In this document: positions 1 to 8,013 of the stretch, one piece after another | Numbering within the stretch: the first letter of the stretch is position 1 | How the letters are laid out: each line of letters begins with the position of its first letter | Virus record (IMG/VR): IMGVR_UViG_3300020045_006174 | Location: 1-41,572 of that record | DNA length: 41,572 bases | Reading direction: 5' to 3' (one strand) | Origin: a virus | Taxonomy: Duplodnaviria > Caudoviricetes | Notes under the pieces: model-generated | Seen by the model: only the letters and a program-made list of their open reading frames with translations | The model's database searches: none | Told to the model about the DNA's origin: nothing | Made by a program: the position numbers and the translations under genes

Positions 1-45
1 TGTTCTTTTCGCGATTCTTCACCCGCCAACTCTTGCTCCATTCCG
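1..45. repeat. 45-bp exact inverted copy of 533-577
   Basis: The reverse complement of 1-45 (cggaatggagcaagagttggcgggtgaagaatcgcgaaaagaaca) equals 533-577. Confidence 0.95.
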
Positions 46-274
46 AGACAGGTGCCGTCGGGTTGGTAGCAGTCGCATTGGGCTTTCGCCATTTGGTGAG
101 GGTTCATGATTTTCGAGTTGATGCCGGTCGTGTCGTTGATGGGAAAGTTGTGAAGCTCGACTCATCCCGGTTCACGACCTGGCAAATTCTTTCGAGCTTC
201 ACGTCGTCATGGTTTCAGAATTCATTGCTTTAGTCAATCGAGAATCGACTGGAACGAGGTCGTCTTCTGCCTCT

Positions 275-390
275 GTTGTTGTAGTTGTAGTTGTGTATGT
301 AGTTGAGAGCGTTACGGCGTTACTTTTTATTACAGTCACAAATAATAACGCTTCGTAACAGATAATCGTTACGGTAACGAGATTGTTATT
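275..390. other. Candidate replication origin with CGTTAC/GTAACG iteron-like repeats
   Basis: CGTTAC at 310, 318, 367; TAACG at 346, GTAAC at 355, GTAACG at 374; palindrome TCGTTAC-G-GTAACGA at 366-380; TGTAGT/TGT tandem run at 275-305; AT-rich; upstream of the initiator gene. Confidence 0.45.
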
Positions 391-416
391 GACGATCAAA
401 AAAGCGGGTGTATTAT
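389..416 (+). promoter_or_regulatory. Sigma70-like promoter for the replication operon
   Basis: TTGACG-N16-TATTAT ending 8 nt before the TTG start at 424, so possibly leaderless. Confidence 0.5.
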
Positions 417-423
417 CGCCGCA

Positions 424-894
424 TTGATACAGGAATTAACCAATAAAATAGGGCTTAAAGGTCGAGTTAAGCAATGTCCAAAGTGCGACTGCAAGCATTC
501 AGGAACAAGCTCAAGATGCCCTCCGTGCCACGCGGAATGGAGCAAGAGTTGGCGGGTGAAGAATCGCGAAAAGAACACGAAGATTTGTCAGAATTATCGC
601 AAGCGTCACCCCAAGCGTTGGAAGGATTACAATCGCAGATACTCACTCAGAACTAATTACGGAATAACGCCAGAGATTTACGAACAGATGATGCTGGAAC
701 AAGGCGGGGCTTGCGCCGTCTGTAAAACCAAGACTCCATCTGGTCCGGGTAAGAGGCTGATGGTGGATCATAACCATGCCACCGGAGAAGTCCGTGGGCT
801 TTTGTGTTGTAATTGCAATTTTGTGATCGGACACAGTTTGGAAAACCCAGCGATTCTTTCGTCCGCAATCGCGTATCTGAAAGTAGGAAAATAA
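424..894 (+). CDS. Endonuclease VII-family (His-Me finger) nuclease
   Basis: YGIT..Y..M...QGGACAVC, LMVDHNHATGEVRGLLCCNCN motifs. Confidence 0.9.
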   Translation: MIQELTNKIGLKGRVKQCPKCDCKHSGTSSRCPPCHAEWSKSWRVKNREKNTKICQNYRKRHPKRWKDYNRRYSLRTNYGITPEIYEQMMLEQGGACAVCKTKTPSGPGKRLMVDHNHATGEVRGLLCCNCNFVIGHSLENPAILSSAIAYLKVGK

Positions 895-919
895 AATTTA
901 CGGCAAAGTATTTGAACGG

Positions 920-1597
920 ATGTACACCGGATCAATGATGGGAAAGGGGGCCATGATGTTTGCAGTCTGGCCCTACATCATCGCCCACATGAAACCCAAC
1001 CGGGACAGGACGGTATTCACGGTGGAATTAAACACGGCGTTGATGGCGCTTTTGATTGGAGAGGATGAGCAGGAAATCGCAGAAGTAATCAGGGATTGTT
1101 GCGAGCCCGACTCGAAATCAAGAACACCCGACAAAGAGGGTCGAAAGCTGATAAAGCTGGGAGAGTATCTTTACGAGGTCGTCAACGGGCTGGTTTACGA
1201 CCAGATGCGAAGGGCTGACGATCTTCGGGAGGGAAACCGAGTCAGGCAGAGCAATTTTAGAAAAAGAGTCGCCTCACCCGAACCAACTCCAAAGCCCGCC
1301 AAGACAATAGCGGCGGCAATCCCACCCAACCTCAAAGGCGAATCATTCTCCCAAGCCTGGACCAAGTGGCTCGAACACCTGAAGCAGAAGAAAAAGCCGG
1401 CCACACTTCACGCTCAGGACCTGCAGCTAATAAAACTTTCCAAAATGGGCGAAAAAAAAGCAATCGAGACGATTTATCACTGCATCGAGAAAGGCTGGCA
1501 GGGGATTTACGAGCAGGGCGAAAACTCCAACATCACCTACGAAACCCCATCCTCCAAACTCTCCGATGCCGAGCTTATCAGACAGGCGCAGTTATGA
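920..1597 (+). CDS. Phage replication initiator / replisome organiser-like protein
   Basis: N-terminal winged-helix-like region, RVRQSNFRKR helix, C-terminal W..WLEH.KQKKKP...IEKGWQGIY; upstream of DnaB. Confidence 0.7.
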   Translation: MYTGSMMGKGAMMFAVWPYIIAHMKPNRDRTVFTVELNTALMALLIGEDEQEIAEVIRDCCEPDSKSRTPDKEGRKLIKLGEYLYEVVNGLVYDQMRRADDLREGNRVRQSNFRKRVASPEPTPKPAKTIAAAIPPNLKGESFSQAWTKWLEHLKQKKKPATLHAQDLQLIKLSKMGEKKAIETIYHCIEKGWQGIYEQGENSNITYETPSSKLSDAELIRQAQL

Positions 1598-1881
1598 GCA
1601 CCGCAATATGCACATGCCGAACCGCGCCGCAAGCGGACTGCCCATTTCACGGAGGCGGAGCGGGAGAAACACCACTCTTACTTCCGAACGACACAAAAAT
1701 CCTGTTCTGCAACACAATGGACGCGATGCTGACGCATGGCTCTACGTGCAAGGAATGCTGGAGATATATCCGCTGGGGCGATGGCGACCTGTGCTCTGAT
1801 GGTAAAGCGACCATCGCAAGAGAACTTTGCTATGCGGACACGAATCTTGATTTGCCACCAAACCAGAAACCCCACCCATGA
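1594..1881 (+). CDS. Cys-rich hypothetical protein
   Basis: ATGA overlap with neighbours at both ends; CTC, CPFH and CKEC motifs. Confidence 0.65.
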   Translation: MSTAICTCRTAPQADCPFHGGGAGETPLLLPNDTKILFCNTMDAMLTHGSTCKECWRYIRWGDGDLCSDGKATIARELCYADTNLDLPPNQKPHP

Positions 1882-2258
1882 GCGAACAGACATCCTCTCC
1901 GAAGCGTATCGACCATCTGATAAAAGGAATGCGCTACTGGCTAGATCGCGCCAAAATAAAGCTGGACGCTGGATGCGAACGTCACGCCGCAATTGCCATG
2001 GTGAAAGCGCAAGAAAACCTATCCATGCTCGAATCAGAAATCTTGAGAGGAAACGTCCCGGATGCGGTCGTCGAATCGGAAGTGTGCGAATGCTGCGATG
2101 GAGCGGGCAGCATCTCATACAACCCAAACCTCAATCCGAATGCGTTCCCAGCGACGACATCCGCTGTATGTATGCACTGCAACGGCACAGGCATCGTAGA
2201 GCAAGCGAAGCCGCAGCCGAACGCCAAGCTCAAAGATCGGATCGGAGAAAATCTATGA
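1878..2258 (+). CDS. Hypothetical protein with DnaJ-type CxxCxGxG zinc finger
   Basis: CECCDGAG and CMHCNGTG; ATGA coupling; C-terminus encoded by an attC arm. Confidence 0.7.
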   Translation: MSEQTSSPKRIDHLIKGMRYWLDRAKIKLDAGCERHAAIAMVKAQENLSMLESEILRGNVPDAVVESEVCECCDGAGSISYNPNLNPNAFPATTSAVCMHCNGTGIVEQAKPQPNAKLKDRIGENL

Positions 2259-2408
2259 CGACACAAGACCCAATCGAATCAAAGCCGTGCCCAAACTGCT
2301 GGGCGTCTAACGTGGCGACAAATGCGAGATGCGGACTGTGTGGCTTCCAATTTCCAACGCAACGAACCGGAGAGGCGAAATCCGATTCTATGCAGCGCGT
2401 GGTTGGCT
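2216..2408 (-). other. attC-like integron recombination site 1
   Basis: Minus strand GCCAAC-CACGC-GCT[G]CATAG[A]ATCGGA...TCCGATCTTTGAGC-TTGGC-GTTCGGC: R'', L'', L', R' boxes with two extrahelical bases. Confidence 0.75.
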
Positions 2409-2631
2409 GCTATGTGGCCGTCAATCAAGACCTCGTAGATGAAATCGTGCGGCGAGCCAAAGAATCGGAATACGGGCTTGGCGACCCCGTAAAAGACCCC
2501 GACATCACAATATACGAACCGTGGGACATAGACATGCTGGCTGTGTGCTTGGTGTCATCATGGACGGAAAAGTATGACCTCGTAAGCGTGTTCGCTGCGG
2601 CAATGCGCGTGATGAAAGAAAAGGCAGCCAA
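2222..2631 (-). mobile_element. Integron-type gene cassette 1 (about 410 bp)
   Basis: R'' arm gttggctgc (2402-2410) is the exact reverse complement of gcagccaac (2624-2632) at the other cassette end. Confidence 0.65.
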
Positions 2632-2641
2632 CAAAGATTAA
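2255..2641 (+). CDS. Zn-ribbon hypothetical protein (cassette 1 cargo)
   Basis: ATG at 2255 in an ATGA overlap; CPNC...CGLCG; reads through the attC arm. Confidence 0.7.
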   Translation: MTTQDPIESKPCPNCWASNVATNARCGLCGFQFPTQRTGEAKSDSMQRVVGCYVAVNQDLVDEIVRRAKESEYGLGDPVKDPDITIYEPWDIDMLAVCLVSSWTEKYDLVSVFAAAMRVMKEKAANKD

Positions 2642-2670
2642 GCGAACCACCCCATGCAAATCCCGAATAT

Positions 2671-3075
2671 ATGAGAAGCAAAAAGGTAACCCGATACTAC
2701 TGCGACCATTGCTCCAAAGGAATGTTCAAAGCTCCTTCAATGCAGGCCCATGAATCCATCTGCTTCTCAAATCCGAAAAGGTTGTGCTATTTGTGCGAGA
2801 ACGCCGGAAGCGCTCCAGATCAAATAAAGAAGCTCCTCAATCTTCACACTTTGGACCGCCATGAAGATTTCAGCGGAAACGAAATGGATACAATGTCTGC
2901 GACTCCTGAGTTTTTGAAGGCGCTAAGAAATGAGGTGAACAACTGTCCGGCCTGTATTTTGGCCGTTCTTAAGCAAGGGAAAATTTTTGCTTTCGGTGAA
3001 TTCGACTACAAGAAAGAAAAGGCAGAATACGCAGCGGAAAAACACCGCGAGTTGATGTCTGGAATTGGCCTCTAG
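2671..3075 (+). CDS. Cys-rich phage hypothetical protein
   Basis: RYYCDHC, HESIC, CYLC and CPAC motifs. Confidence 0.7.
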   Translation: MRSKKVTRYYCDHCSKGMFKAPSMQAHESICFSNPKRLCYLCENAGSAPDQIKKLLNLHTLDRHEDFSGNEMDTMSATPEFLKALRNEVNNCPACILAVLKQGKIFAFGEFDYKKEKAEYAAEKHRELMSGIGL

Positions 3076-3084
3076 ATTAACCCC

Positions 3085-4509
3085 ATGCAACCCACTTCCA
3101 TCTCGGAGTTGGCCGACGCATCGAACCCGCGTCTTAGGCCAAAAGCTAAACCGTCTCTGGACCGCCTGCCTCGCAGCGCCGAGGCGCACCGCGCTGATCG
3201 CCTGCCGCCGCATTCTGCCGAAGCAGAGCAGGGCGTCCTGGGCTGTGTTTTGCTGTCCCCAAATGAGTGCATCGGACAGTGTGCGGAGAAGTTGACGATG
3301 GGTGGCGAGGCGTTTTACGACCTGCGACACCAGACGATTTACAACGCGGTGATGACAATGACGGATGTTCTGGAGCCAATTGACATCATCACGCTGCAAC
3401 AGCGGTTGAAGGATGGCGGCTTGTTGGATCAGATTGGCGGGATTGCCTATCTGAACGCCTTGCAGGACGCCGTTCCTTCAGCGGCAAATCTGAGCTACTA
3501 CCTCGACATCGTGGCGGAAAAATACACGATGCGGCGCTTGGTGCAAACCTGCACGGATTTGGTAGGACGCGTTTACGAACACGAGGGCGATGTGGATGTG
3601 TTGCTTGATGAAGCAGAGCGCGACATTTTCAGCATCCAGAAATCGAAGTTCATGCCGACGCTCGACGGCAAGGCGGTTGGAAAAAGAATGCTTCAGGATT
3701 TGGAGCGTCGCTTTAATCTCAACGGCGCACTGTCGGGATTATCCACCGGCATACCAGCACTAGATGCCATGACCGAGGGATTGCAGCCGGGAGAGCAGTT
3801 CATTATCGGGGCCAGGCCGTCACAGGGAAAAACCGCGCTCGGTCTAAACTTTTTTGCCCACTCAGTTTTTAACGGCATCCCAGCCATGTTCATCAGTCTT
3901 GAAATGTCGGTCGAGGCCATCATGCGCCGGCTGTGTGCGATGCGCCTCAAGATCGGAATGAAGACCATGCGGCGGGGATCATACTCCGAGCAAGACTTCG
4001 GAAGTTTTGCCTCCATGAGCACTCAGCTATCGAAGCTTCCAATCCGCATTGTTGACGGAGTGGACGGCATGAACATCCGGGAGGTCTGTTCGCGCATCAA
4101 CAAGGAGGTCATCCGCAGCGGCATCAAACTGGTTGTCGTAGACTACCTGCAAAAAATCAGGTCGTGCGAGCGTCAGGAGAAAAAGACCTACGAGGTGGCT
4201 GAGGTCAGCGGAAGGTTGAAGGCGGTCGCGCACGACAACAACATTGCGATAGTCACGCTAGCCCAGCTTAATCGCGAGAACGTCAAGGGCGGTGACAAGA
4301 ACGGGTCAAGGGCGCCGAGATTAAGCGACCTCGCCGACTCAGGCCAGATCGAGCGCGATGCCGACACGGTGGCTTTGATTCACCGCAAGGACAACGAGAC
4401 GAATTTGATAATCGCAAAACAGCGCGACGGGGAGCTTGGACTAATCAAGCTGTACTTCGAGGGACGATATGGATTATTCCATCAGCTTGATGAAGTAGAA
4501 GAACCGTGA
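3085..4509 (+). CDS. dnaB: DnaB-family replicative helicase
   Basis: LPPHSAEAEQGVLG N-terminal domain, Walker A GARPSQGKT, SLEMS, VVVDYLQ, LAQLNR, LSDLADSGQIERDAD, IIAKQRDG. Confidence 0.97.
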   Translation: MQPTSISELADASNPRLRPKAKPSLDRLPRSAEAHRADRLPPHSAEAEQGVLGCVLLSPNECIGQCAEKLTMGGEAFYDLRHQTIYNAVMTMTDVLEPIDIITLQQRLKDGGLLDQIGGIAYLNALQDAVPSAANLSYYLDIVAEKYTMRRLVQTCTDLVGRVYEHEGDVDVLLDEAERDIFSIQKSKFMPTLDGKAVGKRMLQDLERRFNLNGALSGLSTGIPALDAMTEGLQPGEQFIIGARPSQGKTALGLNFFAHSVFNGIPAMFISLEMSVEAIMRRLCAMRLKIGMKTMRRGSYSEQDFGSFASMSTQLSKLPIRIVDGVDGMNIREVCSRINKEVIRSGIKLVVVDYLQKIRSCERQEKKTYEVAEVSGRLKAVAHDNNIAIVTLAQLNRENVKGGDKNGSRAPRLSDLADSGQIERDADTVALIHRKDNETNLIIAKQRDGELGLIKLYFEGRYGLFHQLDEVEEP

Positions 4510-4664
4510 TTCCGCTTCTTATACCTAACCTTCCGCTCCGTCCCGTTGATGGTCTTTCCTGACTCCAGGTTTCGCAGCGCGTATTTGTGATACGACGGGG
4601 CGGGCGCCTTGATGCCGACGGTGTACTTGCGGATGGTTTCCGGGGATGGTAGATAGGGGTTCAT
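4482..4664 (-). CDS. Small basic hypothetical protein
   Basis: ATG at 4664 overlaps the stop of the upstream gene (ATGA); 3' end overlaps the dnaB end. Confidence 0.5.
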   Translation of the reverse strand: MNPYLPSPETIRKYTVGIKAPAPSYHKYALRNLESGKTINGTERKVRYKKRNHGSSTSSS

Positions 4665-5242
4665 ATTACAAATGTTCCTTTTTCGCAGCCAACCCAATCG
4701 GTGAAATCGAATCCAACCGCGTTTTTGTAGTTGTCTTTTATCGAGTGATTGGCGAGAGCATATCCCATGACATGGCTTGTCATTTGCCTTGCAAGTCTGG
4801 CGCACTGCTTCACGTCCAGCTTTTTTGAATCCTTGTTTACCGGCGCCTGCTTTATCACCGTCGCGTTATAGATGGAATCGCACGCCATCAATCCTGCCCA
4901 ATCAGGAATTTCTTGCTCCAACTTTTCCGCCAGACATTTTTCCATTAGGTAATAAAACTGGCGGGGCTGCTGGCTGATATAAAATTTTCGATTAACGCGA
5001 TGACTCTTTTTAGCATCGGCCCTGAAGTCAGAAACGCTGCGCTTTATCTCCACCTCGATCATGTATCTGCCTGAAGTAATCCCCAACACGTCAGGCTGGC
5101 CCATCATGTACGAAGGCGTTCTTTCCTCCAATACTACAAGGCATTTCTTTTCTAGCCAAAGCCAGCGCATTGCCGCAAGTTCAAGCATGGATCGCGTCCG
5201 AGTTAACGAGTCAGTTTCCAACCAGGAATTTATTCCGCGCAT
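4661..5242 (-). CDS. PD-(D/E)XK nuclease, MmcB-like
   Basis: QPDVLG...IEVEIKRSVSDFRAD motif and IPDWAGL; true start may be ATG 5188. Confidence 0.75.
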   Translation of the reverse strand: MRGINSWLETDSLTRTRSMLELAAMRWLWLEKKCLVVLEERTPSYMMGQPDVLGITSGRYMIEVEIKRSVSDFRADAKKSHRVNRKFYISQQPRQFYYLMEKCLAEKLEQEIPDWAGLMACDSIYNATVIKQAPVNKDSKKLDVKQCARLARQMTSHVMGYALANHSIKDNYKNAVGFDFTDWVGCEKGTFVI

Positions 5243-5286
5243 CCGGGAGTTGGAGTCCCAAGGTGCGCTTTATTTCATCATCAAAG

Positions 5287-5595
5287 TCAGGGCTCACAAC
5301 GCTGGCTATGAGATTCAGTGCGATGTGCCGACGCCAGAGCTTCTGCCTCCTCCAGCAACCTGAATCGCTTCGCATCGAATCCGTATTCCTGTCCGCTCGC
5401 CTCGCTGATGGGATTATTCAACCCGACGAGATAGACCACCGTGGCCGGCTGACGCTTACCGCCGTGATGGGCGACGCCTCCGGTTGAATCCCGGATGACG
5501 TATTGACAGCCCTCAATCGGGATGGCCTTGTAGAGTGCCAGCACCCACGTTGGGAATTTGCCGTCGATGCAGATTACTTTGTCGCTGGGGGTCAT
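5287..5595 (-). CDS. Hypothetical protein
   Basis: ATGA-coupled start at 5595; KVICID...FDAKRFRLL pattern typical of small phage SH3-like proteins. Confidence 0.65.
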   Translation of the reverse strand: MTPSDKVICIDGKFPTWVLALYKAIPIEGCQYVIRDSTGGVAHHGGKRQPATVVYLVGLNNPISEASGQEYGFDAKRFRLLEEAEALASAHRTESHSQRCEP

Positions 5596-5819
5596 TTTAT
5601 TTCGACTCTTAAATGCTCCTGCTTTATTTCGATTGCCAAAATCAGTTGCCTGTTTTGATTTCTTAGCCTGACCAATTCTGTGCTCATTGCCTCGCGTTCG
5701 GCCCGCTCGCAAAGCGGGCAACTCGACCAAGAACACTCGGCGCGCATCTTTTGGTCGGCGTCATCTGGAGCTTCAATTCCAAAGCGGCATTTGTGAATCT
5801 GGCATTCAAGGATGGTCAT
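5592..5819 (-). CDS. Hypothetical protein (Cys motifs plus coiled coil)
   Basis: Coupled overlaps on both sides. Confidence 0.6.
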   Translation of the reverse strand: MTILECQIHKCRFGIEAPDDADQKMRAECSWSSCPLCERAEREAMSTELVRLRNQNRQLILAIEIKQEHLRVEIK

Positions 5820-6061
5820 AAATCGTTTGGGTCATCATCGTCATCCATCGAGTCCCAAAACTCAGACTCTTTAACCCCATCGCAAATACCGCCAGCCAGC
5901 ACGCTGTCACACGGACGATTGCGCTCGCAGCAGTGGCAATACTGAACCATGCTTTCGACAAATTTTTGATACTCCTCGGATTGATATGGGTCTTCATCAA
6001 CCGGAACTGGTGGCTTCATCTCCGCCACTTCGGCAAAGATTTGTTCGACGGGATCGCTCAT
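5816..6061 (-). CDS. Acidic Cys-containing hypothetical protein
   Basis: CHCC...PCD.VLAGGICD; operon coupling. Confidence 0.6.
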   Translation of the reverse strand: MSDPVEQIFAEVAEMKPPVPVDEDPYQSEEYQKFVESMVQYCHCCERNRPCDSVLAGGICDGVKESEFWDSMDDDDDPNDL

Positions 6062-6064
6062 AAT

Positions 6065-6466
6065 TCAGCAAATCATTATGGCTTCCCGAATCATAATCAT
6101 CTCCGGGCAGCGATTAAATGACTCGACGTAAATTCTCACCTCGCCATTGTGTGCCATGCTCCTGCAATTATGCCCATCCAGTTCAAGGTATTCTTTGCAA
6201 CCCTCCTCCGTGAAGGCAATCATAACAGTTTCCCATCGGTCCACGTATCCGAACTCGTCCCACTCGCCGCCTTCTGGCTCGCCTTTGAAATCCTTGTCGT
6301 CGTCGTAGACGGTTTCTTGGTTTGCGGAGTCGTGCCAGCACTTGTTGGCCGCGTATGCCGAGTCGTAGCCAACATCACGGCGTTTGATTTGCACACAGAA
6401 CATTGGATTCTGCGTGCAGCGATTGTCTTGCTTGTTAAGCCTCTCTCCGATTGTTCTTAGGTTCAT
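6065..6466 (-). CDS. Ead/Ea22-like phage protein
   Basis: QDNRCTQNPMFCVQ, W.TV..AFTEEGCKEYL..DGHN and RIYVES.NRC.EM motifs, recalled from Ead/Ea22-like proteins. Confidence 0.6.
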   Translation of the reverse strand: MNLRTIGERLNKQDNRCTQNPMFCVQIKRRDVGYDSAYAANKCWHDSANQETVYDDDKDFKGEPEGGEWDEFGYVDRWETVMIAFTEEGCKEYLELDGHNCRSMAHNGEVRIYVESFNRCPEMIMIREAIMIC

Positions 6467-6473
6467 AATTCTT

Positions 6474-6797
6474 TCATCGCTTTCTAGATTTATTCAATTC
6501 ACAAAAACAGTCACCGTCCGGGTCGTTGTAATTGGCAAGCAGTCCGTCCATGCTGAAACAAAAGTGCCAGCCATCAGCCATTTCTTTTTCGCTAAGAAGG
6601 ACGCCATCGTCTTCCATTAACTGATTGAACCTAACAGCAGTCATGTGACCATGTTCGCCAGCCGGAGGACTGCATCGTGTCGCATCCAGAAACTCCCGCA
6701 ACTTCCCCTCAAAGTATTTCTCGTTGTTAACAATGGAGTCGCGTTGTAGTTCGGGAACGGCGGCGGCGAGTTCGGAGGCGAGGAGGTGGATGGTCAT
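6474..6797 (-). CDS. Hypothetical protein
   Basis: ORF in the minus-strand operon; GWHFC..MDGL motif. Confidence 0.6.
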   Translation of the reverse strand: MTIHLLASELAAAVPELQRDSIVNNEKYFEGKLREFLDATRCSPPAGEHGHMTAVRFNQLMEDDGVLLSEKEMADGWHFCFSMDGLLANYNDPDGDCFCELNKSRKR

Positions 6798-6825
6798 GTA
6801 AAAAGGGTGGCAATGTTAAAAAGGA

Positions 6826-7125
6826 CTAGATTGGTACATCCGATTCCGCGCCCGACCCGTCTCCAACTACCGGAGCAGGAGCCTTCGGAGCGTCTTGCTT
6901 TCTCGGCATGAACTTCGCATTGCCTATAATTTCGCCGCGCTTCCCAGCCTCGCGCTCCTCCTTGCTGACTCCCTGCACAACCATGTAGTCATTCCCAAAC
7001 TGACTATCCTTGCTGGCGAGCAAAACGCAGTCGAGATAAGTGCCCTTGGCGCCCTTGAAAAGCCGCGCCTTGTCGATTTTAGTCACGTCGATCTTGACGA
7101 TTATTGTCTGTGGTTTTTCGTTCAT
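6826..7125 (-). CDS. Putative ssDNA-binding protein
   Basis: KIDVTKIDK...GKGTYLD...VQGVSKEERE...IIGNAK fold with an acidic DVPI tail as in SSB C-termini. Confidence 0.55.
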   Translation of the reverse strand: MNEKPQTIIVKIDVTKIDKARLFKGAKGTYLDCVLLASKDSQFGNDYMVVQGVSKEEREAGKRGEIIGNAKFMPRKQDAPKAPAPVVGDGSGAESDVPI

Positions 7126-7128
7126 AAA

Positions 7129-7587
7129 TTATTTAATCTGCTGCTTCATTCCATACTCAAGGATCAGCAAGGCATCTGACACTTGCAGCGTTACAGTGCA
7201 ATTCGGAAACAACTGCTGTGCCTTGTTCTTGAGTTTTCCTTTCCAGATGGTGTCCGTCGCGCACTCGCTGCGTTTTCCCAGACTGAAAAACTTCTGCCAC
7301 TTCTGCGGGGTCAGCATTTCCACCCGGAATCCCAGCGCACAAAGAACGCCCTCGATCCTGCCGGCGCTCCGGTGCAGCTTGGTCATTGAGTTGCCCAGCT
7401 TCTTTCCTCCGATGAAGCTTGGCACATCCTCCATGAAGCAAATCCAGTCTGGAGAATTTGCCTTGAGCCCAACCATGATGTCTTTGAAGTCGCCAATGGT
7501 TTCCGGCAGCTTGGCGCACGATACAATGCCGTCGTCGTAGGTTGCAAATCCGCCTGATGCGCCGGGGTCGATAGCAATCAGATTCAT
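7129..7587 (-). CDS. RuvC-like Holliday junction resolvase
   Basis: LIAIDPGASGG, FMEDV, TPQKWQK, SDALLI. Confidence 0.85.
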   Translation of the reverse strand: MNLIAIDPGASGGFATYDDGIVSCAKLPETIGDFKDIMVGLKANSPDWICFMEDVPSFIGGKKLGNSMTKLHRSAGRIEGVLCALGFRVEMLTPQKWQKFFSLGKRSECATDTIWKGKLKNKAQQLFPNCTVTLQVSDALLILEYGMKQQIK

Positions 7588-7597
7588 TGTTTCTCCT

Positions 7598-7864
7598 TCA
7601 TTGTGGAAGTTCTTTAAGGTTGGCGGCGGCGGTGAGGATGTTATCCCGCGTTGTTCTTTTGGCGTAATCGCGGTCATGAGATTCACAAAAATGCTGCGGA
7701 ACTTGCTGTGCCGCCCACTCAGCACCAGCTTTGAAAGCATTCAAATCCTTATTCTCCACCTGATCAACCAGCCAAAGAATGTCGTTTGCTGATATTTCAA
7801 ATCCGTCCATTGATGGTGAATCAGTGCAGGCTTTGCGAAGCTCGGATAGTTGTTCTTTTGTCAT
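7598..7864 (-). CDS. Hypothetical protein
   Basis: Operon position; AFKAGAEWA motif common in phage early proteins. Confidence 0.6.
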   Translation of the reverse strand: MTKEQLSELRKACTDSPSMDGFEISANDILWLVDQVENKDLNAFKAGAEWAAQQVPQHFCESHDRDYAKRTTRDNILTAAANLKELPQ

Positions 7865-8013
7865 TCCTCAATCTCCTTCTCCGCGCAATCCTCGCAAAGA
7901 TATTTATTTCCAATCCTGACCACCGCCTGAGCAGATTCGCACTTGTCGCACAAAATCCACTCCTGCTCTTCGTGAGCGGTTGGGGGTTGAAAGCGGTCCG
8001 TGGACGGGCTCAT
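7861..8013 (-). CDS. Small zinc-finger protein
   Basis: CDKC...LCEDC; ATGA coupling at 8010-8013. Confidence 0.6.
   Translation of the reverse strand: MSPSTDRFQPPTAHEEQEWILCDKCESAQAVVRIGNKYLCEDCAEKEIEE

Noticed and set aside
45-51. GAGACAG matching the end of the Tn5/Nextera mosaic end at the repeat junction
   Set aside because: Only 7 nt, and it also fits the minus-strand ORF (TCL); not enough to call adapter contamination.
1736-2254. N-terminal extension of the 301-aa ORF 1736-2641
   Set aside because: It overlaps two coupled genes; the ATGA start at 2255 is more plausible.
2590-2601. gttcgctgcggc, near-complement of 2210-2222
   Set aside because: Needs a gap, lies inside coding sequence and has no L box; probably chance.
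6656-6760. Possible third attC (gccagc-cggagg-actgcatcg)
   Set aside because: The AAC core is missing and there is no convincing complementary L'-R' arm.
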